NCBI GenBank assembly: GCA_008632985.1
Contig: QPGO01000139.1
Coordinates: 124,001-188,000, forward strand
Source of the DNA: Psammoneis japonica
Lineage: Eukaryota
Reading direction: 5' to 3'
Length of the DNA: 64,000 nt
The translations under genes were made by a program, and so were the position numbers. Below, piece after piece: positions 8,701 to 19,632 of this stretch. Each line of letters starts with the position of its first letter. The stretch's first letter is position 1. Below the pieces are notes generated by a model. The model did no database searches, was not told the origin of the DNA, and saw only the letters and a program-made list of their open reading frames with translations.

Positions 8701-11317
8701 NNNNNNNNNNNNNNNNNNNNNNNNNNNNNNNNNNNNNNNNNNNNNNNNNNNNNNNNNNNNNNNNNNNNNNNNNNNNNNNNNNNNNNNNNNNNNNNNNNNN
8801 NNNNNNNNNNNNNNNNNNNNNNNNNNNNNNNNNNNNNNNNNNNNNNNNNNNNNNNNNNNNNNNNNNNNNNNNNNNNNNNNNNNNNNNNNNNNNNNNNNNN
8901 NNNNNNNNNNNNNNNNNNNNNNNNNNNNNNNNNNNNNNNNNNNNNNNNNNNNNNNNNNNNNNNNNNNNNNNNNNNNNNNNNNNNNNNNNNNNNNNNNNNN
9001 NNNNNNNNNNNNNNNNNNNNNNNNNNNNNNNNNNNNNNNNNNNNNNNNNNNNNNNNNNNNNNNNNNNNNNNNNNNNNNNNNNNNNNNNNNNNNNNNNNNN
9101 NNNNNNNNNNNNNNNNNNNNNNNNNNNNNNNNNNNNNTGCACTCGAAATGAGTCCTCGTCTCCCTCATATTTTCCTGTCACGCCATGTTCCTTACTGTAG
9201 AGGCGTTGTGGGGATAGAAGACGTTGTCCGGCCTGAGGCACATGGTGCGCCATCGTCTTGACGACGAGCTCAGAGCCGTCCTCGTCATGGAAAACCCAGG
9301 AGACGGGTCCGATGCCGGCGATGGTTAAGCCATTTGCTAGACCCCCAAGCTTCAATGGGCCATCAGGGATCGTCAGGGGTCCGACAAAGTCGTTTTCATT
9401 GTAAGCAATGGCTAAGGATGCGCCAGCATCGCATGTGACGGTGTGGCGCTCATGTGCTGGGCTCAGCAAAGCTTGCGGGTCGGCGGCGAGTTGTGCTAAA
9501 GAACGTTGGCCTGTCAATACCTGCATAGAGGTATGAGTAGGATAGGCTTCGGTTCCGTCAGTAGCTGCCTGGAGAAGCTTCACAGGGTCTTGCCATGGAG
9601 TGGTGTCCACGAAACCAAACTTGGTGGACAGCTCGTCGAAACGAAAATAGTCCGGAGAGAGCTCCTCAACCGTGTCAAAGTAGTGGCTCGGCTCGGTCGG
9701 GAGCGGGCCGAGGGCTTCCTCTGAATCATAGGTGTCGAAGTAGGACTCGAGGTCTTCTAGAGCTGGAGGGATGCAGCGGCCTGGGGAAGAGCATACGTCG
9801 TTCTCCCAGAGCTGCGTGAATTTCTTGCTCAGACAATGGTCCGGATCGCGCTCCACAAATTCGGCAAGCACTTGTCGCGCCTTGATCCTGTTGCATTCCA
9901 CCAAACTGCCCGGATCTAACACTATCTTATCGTCTAGTTCTTCAATGATCGAGTAGACCTGAGAGCTAGCTTTGGAGAAGCGAGAAGGGACATTGGAGAA
10001 TGGACACGTGGGAAGCTGACCGTTGAAAACAGACGCCCAGACCATGACAGCTCCAGTCAGCACCATCCAGGTAGAGGGGAAACCGTGAATGGTTGGGATG
10101 AATGCCTTATGGCGTATACGACGAGGTAAGACAGGAATCGGCGCACAGCAAATGTGTGGCACCATTTCCCAGAACACAGCAAACAGCCAGAAAACTCGGA
10201 GCTTCAAGAAGTTCCAGAAAAGCTCAAGACGAGAGCTCGGCGTTGCCTCCTCGACGCTACAATCAACATCTTGGGGTTCGGGATCGTAAAATTCGAAACC
10301 GCGACACTGGGTGCTTGGAGGTAAGTGCTCGTAGCTGTCTTCGAAAGGTAGGATGCTTGCCCCGGAAACGAGATCGTCTAACACGTCGTCGGACAGACCT
10401 TCCACGTGAGTTGCGATCGTGTCATAAAACACGTCCGGATTTTGAATCTCGTGCATAGCACAGGCCGGAAAGAGCTCGATAGCTGACGGTAGGGAGTCAA
10501 AAGAGGAGTGAGCGTCGGAGTGCTCGGAGTAATCGTCAGCGTCTTCGGGGTCAACCGTTTCAACCAAGATGGGAGCGGGTTTGGCCATGGCAGTCTCCCT
10601 CTCGGCCGATGGAGCAGGAGTGAACGAGACGGTCGTAGTCACAGGAGTCGAACTCAAAGAGTCGTCCACAGGTGCACACCACATGCCGCAATAAACCAGC
10701 TCGTTAGGGTCAGAGGGTTCGTCTGTAGGCGGAGACGTCGTCTGCTCGGGAGGACCAAAAGGAATGCCCGAAGAGGGGTCCGACACAGCAGATAAATTTG
10801 CCGCAGCGGTGGTTTCGGTGTTGACAGACGGTTTCCCGGTGTGTTGAGCGGAGGAGTGGCCTTGATGCATGCCCTTCTTGCCCGTTTCCTTGTTCACACA
10901 CTTGTCGCACCAGTGCCAGGTCGTGCCTTTCTCGTCGGTGACAGTGGCACCTTTGTGAACGAAACGCCAGGCCGGCTTGGGTGGTTTCTTGGAAGGGTCA
11001 GTCTTCCGGACATCCGGAGGGTCATCCTTGGACTTGTCCGCCGTGCCCTTTTTGTCCTTCTTGCATTGCTCCTTGCAGGCGGGACACGTGCGTTTGGTGT
11101 GCCCAACCTTGCCACAGCCGCAGCAATGCTTTTCCGAGTTGTCCTTGGCGAGGTTGGATTCCGGGAGCTTGGCTGCTAAGGCAGGCCAATCTTCATCGCT
11201 AATGAGTTCGCCATGGGTCTTGGTGATCCAGCCAATGAGGCCAACAGGTCCAAGATCCGCACAGTCGGCATCCTTGGGGACTTCTGCCGGGTCACGCAAG
11301 CGACATTTGCGCTCCAA
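5738..11317 (-). CDS. Copia gag C-terminus/pol polyprotein (zinc knuckle, protease, integrase, RT, RNase H), carrying many missense lesions
   Basis: CxxCGKVGHTKRTC knuckle, DAGAS protease site, HHQNGVAER integrase, KARHCVRGD/HGLRQSP/HVDD RT, YVDADFAG...EAEYVALS...YEDN RNase H. Interrupted by N gaps at 7440-7621 and 8483-9138. Confidence 0.93.
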   Translation of the reverse strand: MERKCRLRDPAEVPKDADCADLGPVGLIGWITKTHGELISDEDWPALAAKLPESNLAKDNSEKHCCGCGKVGHTKRTCPACKEQCKKDKKGTADKSKDDPPDVRKTDPSKKPPKPAWRFVHKGATVTDEKGTTWHWCDKCVNKETGKKGMHQGHSSAQHTGKPSVNTETTAAANLSAVSDPSSGIPFGPPEQTTSPPTDEPSDPNELVYCGMWCAPVDDSLSSTPVTTTVSFTPAPSAERETAMAKPAPILVETVDPEDADDYSEHSDAHSSFDSLPSAIELFPACAMHEIQNPDVFYDTIATHVEGLSDDVLDDLVSGASILPFEDSYEHLPPSTQCRGFEFYDPEPQDVDCSVEEATPSSRLELFWNFLKLRVFWLFAVFWEMVPHICCAPIPVLPRRIRHKAFIPTIHGFPSTWMVLTGAVMVWASVFNGQLPTCPFSNVPSRFSKASSQVYSIIEELDDKIVLDPGSLVECNRIKARQVLAEFVERDPDHCLSKKFTQLWENDVCSSPGRCIPPALEDLESYFDTYDSEEALGPLPTEPSHYFDTVEELSPDYFRFDELSTKFGFVDTTPWQDPVKLLQAATDGTEAYPTHTSMQVLTGQRSLAQLAADPQALLSPAHERHTVTCDAGASLAIAYNENDFVGPLTIPDGPLKLGGLANGLTIAGIGPVSWVFHDEDGSELVVKTMAHHVPQAGQRLLSPQRLYSKEHGVTGKYEGDEDSFRVXXXXXXXXXXXXXXXXXXXXXXXXXXXXXXXXXXXXXXXXXXXXXXXXXXXXXXXXXXXXXXXXXXXXXXXXXXXXXXXXXXXXXXXXXXXXXXXXXXXXXXXXXXXXXXXXXXXXXXXXXXXXXXXXXXXXXXXXXXXXXXXXXXXXXXXXXXXXXXXXXXXXXXXXXXXXXXXXXXXXXXXXXXXXXXXXXXXXXXXXXXXXXXXXXXXXXXXXXXXRQHEQRLRFCGTNAHHQNGVAERGIRSVSNMARAMLLHASIRWKGGTDSSLWPVAVSHAAHICGVTPNAQGCCPADIFTGTAVPRHRLRDIHVWGCPVHVLDPKLQEGKKLPRWQPRTRRGLFLGLSSIHSSEVPLVLNLQTGSVTPQCHVVFDDLFAAVSSIARESEPPSHWEESCLDQSVQMPLKKDQSIHLQDDWLTPEELQRKQRELAWASRTRSTFEPPPPDVPAAAPNDPSVVAPAPAPDEPPPEAQTPPAVAAPEPPPPAPPTPPTILAPSPARVSEGATXXXXXXXXXXXXXXXXXXXXXXXXXXXXXXXXXXXXXXXXXXXXXXXXXXXXXXXXXXXXXVCATAKKQKDPDVPSLHEAMRSDESEEWAKAVKIETNALLHQRAWEMVQRTADMNALPGTWAFKLKRLPDGAPLKCKARHCVRGDLQKHGIDFFETCAPAVQWSSMRLLLTTALKEGWTARQVDYTTAFCQADVKEKVHVEPPKGFQPKSGADLVLKLLKGPHGLRQSPKCFCEKLRDGLLERGWIQSAIDPCLYFKKGMLCVVHVDDAVFAGASAQALEAEIAKLGISDDEQRHVFDLRDEGEVGNFLGVKIQKLEDGRFLLTQPGPIEKVLRTAQMTECNGAPTPALPTPAGSDAEGPPFEEPYDCRSVVGMLMCLASNSRPDIACATHQVARFSCAPKASHAAAIKRILRHLKDAADKGLILTPTADQRLDCYVDADFAGLFSVEDGQDPTSVKSRAGHVIYCAGCPIVWVSKLQTLVALSTMEAEYVALSQAMRDLIPLREIVKEINALVFGQPDRQTDISTHSKAFRHANDGTEDSPIDSTNLPASVVYEDNAACLQFARMPKLSPRTKHIGIPCHWFRTKVEALEIKIEPVSSAAQLADQFTKGLTVDLFRTGRKALMGW

Positions 11318-12225
11318 GCGCTTGACGGAGTCGAGCTTGGCAAAAACTTGACGATTGAAAAACTGGAGGATGTCTTTGACACCTTAGATAAAACAGCAGA
11401 CCCAGTTTCAACTGGCAACGCACAGTCCGTCTGCATGATCTTGAGCAGGCACAGAGCTTCGGTTGCAAGCTCGGTGCAGTCCTCGCCAGGGTGGTCATCC
11501 AGAGCCAAGTTGTTCAACTTTTCCTTGGCGGCCTTGACGTCAACCAGAGCACTGGCGTTGCAGGCATCCAGAGCCATCATAAATAAGACAGACCCCGGAA
11601 GATCCTTGTAGTTCTTCAAGTGATTAAACTTGGTTTCAATCTTTTCACGGAAGGTTTCGGTGATGCGCGACTTGACGATGAGTTGTGATGAGCCGATGTC
11701 ATCGATTTCATGCTGATCATAGCCTTCGTCACCTGTGGCCGCCACACGGGTCTCACATTCCTTCTCAAGGTCTTTGACAGTGAAGGCGTGAAGGTGATCA
11801 AAAAGGCACACGACCTTGCCGTCGACTTTCTTGAGATGGTAGAAAGTTTCTTGTCCGCGCGACTCGATTGAGTCCTGAATGGTCTTGACGAAGTGGTCTT
11901 TGTCCAGTTCAGCACTGGAACCATTGGATGACTCAATCTGGCCGTTGAACTTGGATGTGGTTGCCGAAGCGAGTTGATCTCTGAGAGATCGCTCGACAGA
12001 GTCGACAGCTTTCGGATGGCGACGTTGCGAGGCAAAACGGCAGGTGCGGGTGTCGGTCTGCTCGTGCTTGTTGTTCAGAGCCGAACCACCCAGACACACT
12101 CCATGAGAGTGGTGGATGCCGCCGCGAAGTGGCGTGGGGATCGTAGGAGGGTTGGTCAAGGTTTGCATCTTGGCGAAGGCCTCGGCAAACATCTTGACGG
12201 TGTCAGGATCCATGGACATGGTCAT
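11176..12225 (-). CDS. Copia gag N-terminal ORF (frameshifted relative to pol near 11330-11360)
   Basis: 349-aa ORF immediately inside the 5' LTR, overlapping the pol frame. The gag-like LPGSVLFMMALDAC region is present. Confidence 0.8.
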   Translation of the reverse strand: MTMSMDPDTVKMFAEAFAKMQTLTNPPTIPTPLRGGIHHSHGVCLGGSALNNKHEQTDTRTCRFASQRRHPKAVDSVERSLRDQLASATTSKFNGQIESSNGSSAELDKDHFVKTIQDSIESRGQETFYHLKKVDGKVVCLFDHLHAFTVKDLEKECETRVAATGDEGYDQHEIDDIGSSQLIVKSRITETFREKIETKFNHLKNYKDLPGSVLFMMALDACNASALVDVKAAKEKLNNLALDDHPGEDCTELATEALCLLKIMQTDCALPVETGSAVLSKVSKTSSSFSIVKFLPSSTPSSAWSANVACVTRQKSPRMPTVRILDLLASLAGSPRPMANSLAMKIGLP

Positions 12226-12398
12226 GGATGATTCGACACAGAGGATCGATCAGTGGGTGGGGATTGCGACACAGATGATCGCCGTTGGATTGCGATGTAG
12301 AAGATCGCCGTTGGATGGGATGTCATCTGTAACGAGACGAATGAGTGGCAGCAACTCCGTCACGAGTTGATGCCGGTGCGTGGATTGGGGTCGTAACC

Positions 12399-12686
12399 AC
12401 TTGGGATGCAACAACACACTGTGTAGGATGGAGAGTTCAGGACTCTCTTGAGGTTGTACAATGCAACAGAGGATGACAAGAAGCAGGTTTGGGACAATAA
12501 GATACGCTAAAGATACGAATTGTGAGAAGATCTCACGAGGGATTGGAGATGACATTATGACCTAACGGTCGTGTGTGTCACTCCGATTACTATCGCTAGA
12601 AGACTCAACGGACATTTCTTCCGGAAGAAGAGATCCATGACCGGAAGCGTCATCCGTGAATCAGATTCGGTTGTTGACTCGTGACT
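12399..12686 (-). repeat. 5' LTR of the Copia element
   Basis: Direct repeat of 5414-5701. Followed on the minus strand by PBS-like GGTTACGACCCC (12387-12398). Confidence 0.95.
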
Positions 12687-13889
12687 CATAGCACCCGAAC
12701 TTTCGTGCATGCTTTGTACTTTATTCTGTGTATCAGAAACGAAAAGGTGGCAGTCACGAGTCGAAGAAAGCCGTTTCACAAAAAGCGCACAAAACGCATC
12801 GCTTCATCAGCATGTGGCGATCATAGGTTTGAAGAGGCGTCGGAAGAACTCCATCATTGTATCCTCTTATAAGGAGCAAAAGCAAGAAAGACTGTGTTGA
12901 GCTTGTGTGCCAACAAACAGCCAGTGACGAGGACACAACACGCAACATCCTCTTTGTGGATCATCATCCAACACAATGGTCTTTCAACCGTCGTTGCTTT
13001 GAGTGTTGGTTCTGGCTTGTCTCATGGCAGCGTGTTCTTGTGGCAATGCATAATTGGGCGCTTCACTGAACGGCTGTGTCTCATTGTCTTCATTTACAAA
13101 AACATTTGAGGTGAAACATCAGATGCTTCAAACAACACAATGACGTTGCAGTTGTCAAAATGTCAAAGAGAAGGATGTCCGTGGTGCTCTTTTGCTTCAT
13201 TCAGACACTCATCAGCCACCAGCAAATCATGACTTCTTGACATCTGCACAAGTTTTGTGAAATGTTTCATCAGTGTCATCTTCATCACATGCCTCTCCAG
13301 TCAACTTGGCAGTGGCCCACAAATGGTTGGGTGCAACAGGCGGAGAGTGCACAATGTTGTGCAATGCATCATCATTGGCAACATGTTCTGTCTTGCACTT
13401 TTGTTGTCTCTTTGTGCTTTGTCGCCCAGTTCTTGATGAACTGACAAAGCTGAAGACATGATTTGGTGGTGTTTTCATTGTTCATTGTGGTCAGATGAGT
13501 CCTGACAGGCCAGCCATTCTCCTCTGGATTTTCATCATTTTTGCAACTGACTCTCATGGAAACATCTGAAAGTTGCAAACCTTGATCTGCCAGCAGAATG
13601 TTTTGTGTCAGCAAACACAGCAATTTCAATGAAACCCCAAACTGTGCCAAAGTCATTGCACTCCATTTCGCACACAAAGACCGCTTGCAAATTTGGTCAG
13701 TTTGAAAGTGGTCAGCCCCAAACCCCGACTTCATCTCACCTGTCTGTCTCCGGCCCGTTTGGGGTCAGTGCAGGGGGGAGACACACAGATGGACATGCAC
13801 TCACGAAAAAACACCAGCTAAAAAAATCGCACCGTGGCACCAAAATGACGCAACAGCTCTGGCGGGAAGAATCAAGGTTCTTCTCGCAA

Positions 13890-16800
13890 GGGTGTGAACA
13901 AGAAAAGAGGAAAAGGTCAAAATGGTGAAGCAAACAAAACAGTTGAACATGCCGACAAGGCTGATGATGAGGGCAACCAATTGGCGCAGACAATGAACCC
14001 CAGTGCTGATTCTGCACAAAATTCATGCACCAAGGAAAACAAGATGAAGGAGACAGCAGTCACCCCTCCAGCACATGGACATGAACACGCAGCAAAAACA
14101 AGAATGACAAGGACAAAATGGAGTTAGAAGAACAAACCAAAGAGCTGCAGATCATGAGTCAAGACCATGTGACAGAAGACAGTGCAGACAGCGATGCAGA
14201 AGAAGGAGAGAACTGTGACAACACACTCAACAAAGGATTCATTCAGAACACGTCAGTGATGCCAGACTGTGCTGAACCAGATGAACAAACAAATCCAGAG
14301 AAACTCAAGGAGAGCAAAGATGAACAATCAGAAGAAGGAAGCCCTCAAATGGACAAGGACACTGACATCAAAGAGGGAAAGGAAGATCCCACAGAAAACC
14401 TCATGAGCACCAACCATCAAGATGCATCCACAATGGAAGAATCAGAAGAAAAAGAAGAATCGTCAACAACACATTGGAGTGTCAGATGCAATGTGTGGCT
14501 GGCTGCCCCTTCAACAGATGAACCATTCAAGGAAACCGCGAAAATCCTGGCACAGGCTCTGGAGATTGTTCAGAATGTGCTGGGAGACAATGCATGCATC
14601 AGTCCATGGGGTCCAGATCTTTGTGACACGTGTGGTGATTGGACTTCTCCAGAAGACATCCCAGAAGGAAAGGCGCAAGACCGAGAACTCTTCAGCTCTT
14701 TTTTGGGAGCAGGGTGTTGCAACCCACAAGTGAATCAAGAACATGCAACACACTGTTCAATTCACTCAGTCATTGAAGGAGATCTGAAGTTTCACCCAGC
14801 AGAACTTGGCTCCAAACTCTGTGGGACAATGGAAGACATCAAGTGTGGGAAGTTCTCGGCAGCACAAAACCCCATCCCCTGCCAAGCAAAATGCGCCGAA
14901 TGCACAGGTTGGCTCCACTGCAGCAGCAAAACTGCAACAGAAGTCACACTGCATGACAATGTTCGACACTGTCTGGGCATCCAGAACTTGCAAGACCTTG
15001 GCCTGCAATGGAGGACCACATGCGGAACTGATGGCAGGTGACCAAAGTTTGACCGTGATGACCCAAAGAAGAACCCCATGGCCTTGCATGTTGACGTGGA
15101 GATTCATCAAGCCTGCAAAGCAAGAGCGCAAGCAGAGAAGATTTGGAGAGTTGGAGCAAGGAAGAAAATCTTTGGATCAATGCTCCAATTTGTTCCTTGC
15201 TTCTCTTCACAAGCCCTTCAATGTGCTCCAGATGACACAAAGAAGAATGTCACAGAACTGGCACAATGCCAACACTGCTTCACAGAACAGGTCATTGTTG
15301 CTGTGGACCATGCACTCTTCAAAGATCCAGACATGACTGCCAAGGATCACAAGGGAAAACCAACTAACATGCAATGCCATTTGATGAGGAAAAGAGAGTC
15401 GCTGACCCCACCTCAGAGAAGCACAAGATGACCCCCTTTTTCCACCACGTGGACTGCAAATGGAATCGTCCAAAGGAACATGTGATGACATTTCTGTGCA
15501 AAGCACACGTCGCAGTGATGCAGATCATCAACAACCTCATCCCAGAGGCATTGCACTTCCTCGGTCCAGAAGCTGCATCATGGTTCAAGGCAACAGGCAT
15601 GATTGCCATCTGCAAAGATGCAGTCTATGATCCAGACACAGGCACCACAACCTCAAAAGAGAATGAAAAACTTCTAGAAATTGTTGAAGACAACCCATGG
15701 GGAATCAAAGACAACTGGCAGTCCAATGTCAGTGCTGAACAGCAAGTGCAACAGAAGCGAGAATCATCCAAATCTACCCAAAAATCTAAAAAGGGAAGTG
15801 TCAAGCAGGCAAAAATGCTGATGGAACAAGTGGCGGCACGTCTGGAAAATGTGGATGATGTTGGTTCAGTTGGGACAGCTCGCAACAAGGATGACGACAC
15901 AACACACTCCAAAACCCAGGACAAGTCAGTCAAATTCCAGGGGATGGAAGCTGCAGGAGCAACACAAAAGAACAAAAATCTTTTGACAGTGCTTCCTTGG
16001 AGACCACTCCATCAACTTGAGCAAAGTCAGAGAAAGCTGAAGCAGAGCCAGCCAAGCAGCAGGCTTGCCTGGGGATGGAGGAAGACACCGACAGTCTGGC
16101 CTCACCAATGACACAAGAAGGAACATCGGCAGTGGAAGACACCACCAGTGCCCAGGCCAAGGGCACTGGAGGAGATCCCTGAACCACACCATCCTTGGCG
16201 GACATGTCGGCAACCGCCAAAGGAGGGTGTAAATTTGGAAAATGACAGCTGACACACAGATGAACAGCGGGGAGACTCCATTGAAATCAAAATGCAGAGT
16301 GCCTGCCGTTTGGCCTTCCATGACATTGGAGCAGGCCTCCCAGTGGAAAAAACCAAGCACAGCAAGCACAATGAAATCAAACAATGGATGACAAAGTGCA
16401 AGGTGGACTCCATGGGAATCATTGAGGCAAACCCAAACTTCAAATGGATTTCAAAAAACCAACAATGGAATGATTGTTGGTGCACACTCCATTGATTGCA
16501 CACCTCAGTTGCTGCCAACACTCACCACTCCATGTCCGGAAGAAGGCAACATGGAGGGGTGGGACAACTGGTCCAGCACACACTCAGCCATCACCTCATT
16601 TCAAAAGGAAGCGATCCAACTGGGCCAGGCCAATGGATTTGGGCCAGATTCAAAGGGAAGGAAGGGACACACACAAGAATGACATTGGCACACAGGCCAG
16701 TGCACTGCAGGACAGGCCACCCAGGAACAGTGTGCTCTCAGCACTCAGTTTTCCTGCTCTCAAAACAAAACATGCGGGACCCAAGAACAGCACTCCAACA

Positions 16801-19632
16801 GGATCTACATGCTCAGATTCAGAATGGCAAAAGGAGGGAGACTTGACAGTCCCGGGGGTTGACCTCAAGGAAAATGTGAGGAACACAGATGCAATCTTGT
16901 GGACAAAGTCTGTGCATCTGGTTGACACACTACGAATGACCCATCCGGACCTGGAACCAGCAGCCACTTGTGACCAGAACAAATCAGAGACACCAATGGA
17001 TGTGATCCACACGTCCCCAGTGCTCCCTGCATTGGGGCACCCAAGATCATTTCCACACAGGGCATTGTTTGCACCCAGGCAATGCAACGGTCTGGGTGTC
17101 CCAGACATCTGCACACTGCAAGGCCTGCTGAAGCTGGAAGCATGTCTGCAAGAAGGAGATGCTCTGTCTGTGACTGGGAAAGAACTTGCGGCAGTGCGGG
17201 AGAACATGCAGTTGGAGCTTCTTGGGGCACCTGGAGAAATCTGTCAGCTGGACCATGAGAGACCAGCTCTGCTGGTCACTGACACGTGGGTCATGTCACT
17301 TTGGGCCTTTTGCTGGGAACACAACACAGAGCTGGCATCACCAGAAATGCCTGTTCCACTGCAAAGGGAAGATGATTTGTTCCTGATGGAAAGGATCATT
17401 GCAAATGGATGTAAAGGTGAGCGCTTGCAAAAAATCAACCTGCACAGAATGTGGGTCAAGGCACTGCAAGTCTCAGATGTTGCATCAGGTGATGGGAAAT
17501 GCACTCTGCAGGAGCACTGCAATGGATTGAAGATGTGCGAAAGCAACTGCGACTGGCCAAAAGCAGGATTTCCATCCACGGCATGCTGGAGACTTTGGCA
17601 AGAAGCATTGGCAGCATGCCTTTTGCTGCCAGGAAGGAACCACAATCTACAACTGCGATGCGGTCTTGGAAAATGGACGATTGACGCTGGCTCTTGAAAG
17701 TGGTGTTGCTCCAGAAGCAAGGACAGAGCATGTTGCCTCCAAGAAGATTTAGTGCATCAGGCATTTTCTGTGCTTCCTCAATCCAGGAGAAGGAGGAAAA
17801 GACACCACCACCACACAAGTGACTCAATGTAGATTCCATGTGATGCTCATCCAACTCAGATGATTAGAAACCCGAGCTGCATCACACCAGCAGGCACCTT
17901 GGAACAAACTCTGCAACCCAGCATGTCGGAGGAGTTCAAGTGGCACCACATGCCTTGCAAACATGAACCACCAATGGCACCCCTGGTTCAGGGTGTCATC
18001 AATGGAACAGCGGCATGCACAATGGATGGCTTGTTCAAAGAATCCTTGGCAACAGCAGCCATGATGTTGCTCCCGTCCTTTGGACATGCTCGCAGATGCC
18101 GTGGAGTGAATCCAACACCGGGAAGAAAGGAGGATTGAATGGCCTGCTGTGGTGAATTGGGAGGAATCTATGGGCCACTCAGGCACCTGACTGATCTGTG
18201 CAAAGAGCCCAGCACACAGGAAGGATGCATCACTGTGGGTTGTGACTGTGATGCAGCTCCACACACTTGTTTTTACAATGAGTGCGACAACCCAAAACAG
18301 CAAAACCACAACCTGACACAACCTGTTTGAAAGATGCTCCAGGAACTCCCCATTCTTGTGATTCCAGAGGAAGCAGAGGCACATGAAGATGACAAGGTTC
18401 TGCTGCAGCAACTCACACCCATGGAGCAACTAAATGTGGAGATGGATCTGCTGGCCAAAGCACACTGGGAGGCCTTGAAGGCGACCGATCTTCAATGTCA
18501 TGACATGTCAGAGCAGAACAGGTGGCATGTCAAGCTCGGAGGAGAGACCATGAGCTGCTGGGATAAAAACAGGGTGATTGACCACATCTGTGGACCACCA
18601 GTGAAGCAGCATTGGTCGGAGAGGCTGCAGTCAGAACCTTCCAGTGTGGAGATAAATTGGGGGAAGCCTTGGGCAAGGCCAGGCAGCAAATCCCTGCCTT
18701 CCGGAAACTGGGGCAACCAAAGTGGTCAACAGGCTTTGTGGTGACTGATCAAAACCTTGAATGTTGGAAGATCACGAACATGGCAGCATGCCCCAGGTGC
18801 AGAGAAATGGAAAAGGGCATTGATCATGGGCTTCAATGTCTGGCAATGGCGGCACAAGAATTGTGGGACAAGAAAGCAGACAACCCAAACAAGTGGCTGA
18901 AGGAACAACACACAAACCCAGAACTGCACAAGGAAGAACTGCTCCATTGTCTGTTGCAATGGCAACAACAGGAACCTTGCAACCCTTCTGCAGGAAATCT
19001 GCAGGTGCGTGCATTGTCAGAGGAACAAGAAACATTGGGGAGCAATGCGCTGGCTGGAGGATTCTTCTCTTTGGGATGGACAGATGTGCAAAAAGCCTGC
19101 CACCGCCATCTAGATCACCATGACACAGGACTGAGATGGCTGTCCGGACTGATCCAACAACTGTGGAACACAGCCTGGGACATGTGGCGACACCACATGC
19201 GCATCTCCGAACTGCCCACTTCAGAATCAAAACTTGCAGAAAATGGTGTGCTGGACAATTGGATTGAAGAGGAATTTGCCTTCCAATTCAACCGGCCAAC
19301 CCCTCATTTCTCCCACTTGACCAGATGGTTCAACTGTTCCTTGGAATGCATCCAGACAGAGGACTTGGACTGCAAGAAGCAATGGCCAAAGGCTGTTGCT
19401 GTGGCAAAGAGCACTCTGGATCATCAGGTGGGTTGATTCACACATCAACTGCAACCGCACCAAAATCACCCCACAACTGACTCCGCGGCATTGTGAAAGT
19501 GCATTTGCACGTTGCTCTGTGCCCATCCATGGTTGTGGATTGTTGGGGCAAGCAGGCGTGACCAAGCTCACCACAGGTGGTGGCCCAAAACAAATGGGTC
19601 ATGCAATTTTTAGGATTGAATTGAATTGAATT
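13890..19632 (+). mobile_element. Degenerate non-LTR retrotransposon (Ambal-like LINE): ORF1, APE endonuclease, RT deleted, RNase H, CCHC, (TTGAA)n tail
   Basis: Broken acidic ORF1 at ~13.9-16.2 kb. Endonuclease-like GIIEANPN/GSDPTGPGQWIW/TLAHRP/GVDLKENV at 16.3-17.0 kb. Post-RT GLGVPD. RNase H-like TMDG..GELGGIYG..ITVGCD..AHEDD..LNVEMDLLAK at 18.0-18.5 kb. CPRC..DHGLQC. Ends in TTGAATTGAATTGAATTG at ~19616-19632. Confidence 0.75.

Larger units (their letters stand above)
5414..12686 (-). mobile_element. Full-length Ty1/Copia (CoDi-like) LTR retrotransposon
   Basis: Two 288-bp direct LTRs, a 5-bp TSD CATAG (5409-5413 and 12687-12691), PPT, PBS-like site, and gag followed by protease-integrase-RT-RNaseH. 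Confidence 0.97.

Noticed and set aside
7440..9138. ORFs spanning the N runs
   Set aside because: These are assembly gaps (7440-7621, 8483-9138), so frame continuity across them cannot be verified.
5738..11317. Alternative genetic code or RNA editing restoring Tyr from Cys/His codons
   Set aside because: Neighbouring host genes use TAY for Tyr normally, and the same changes occur in non-coding LTRs and across codon boundaries.
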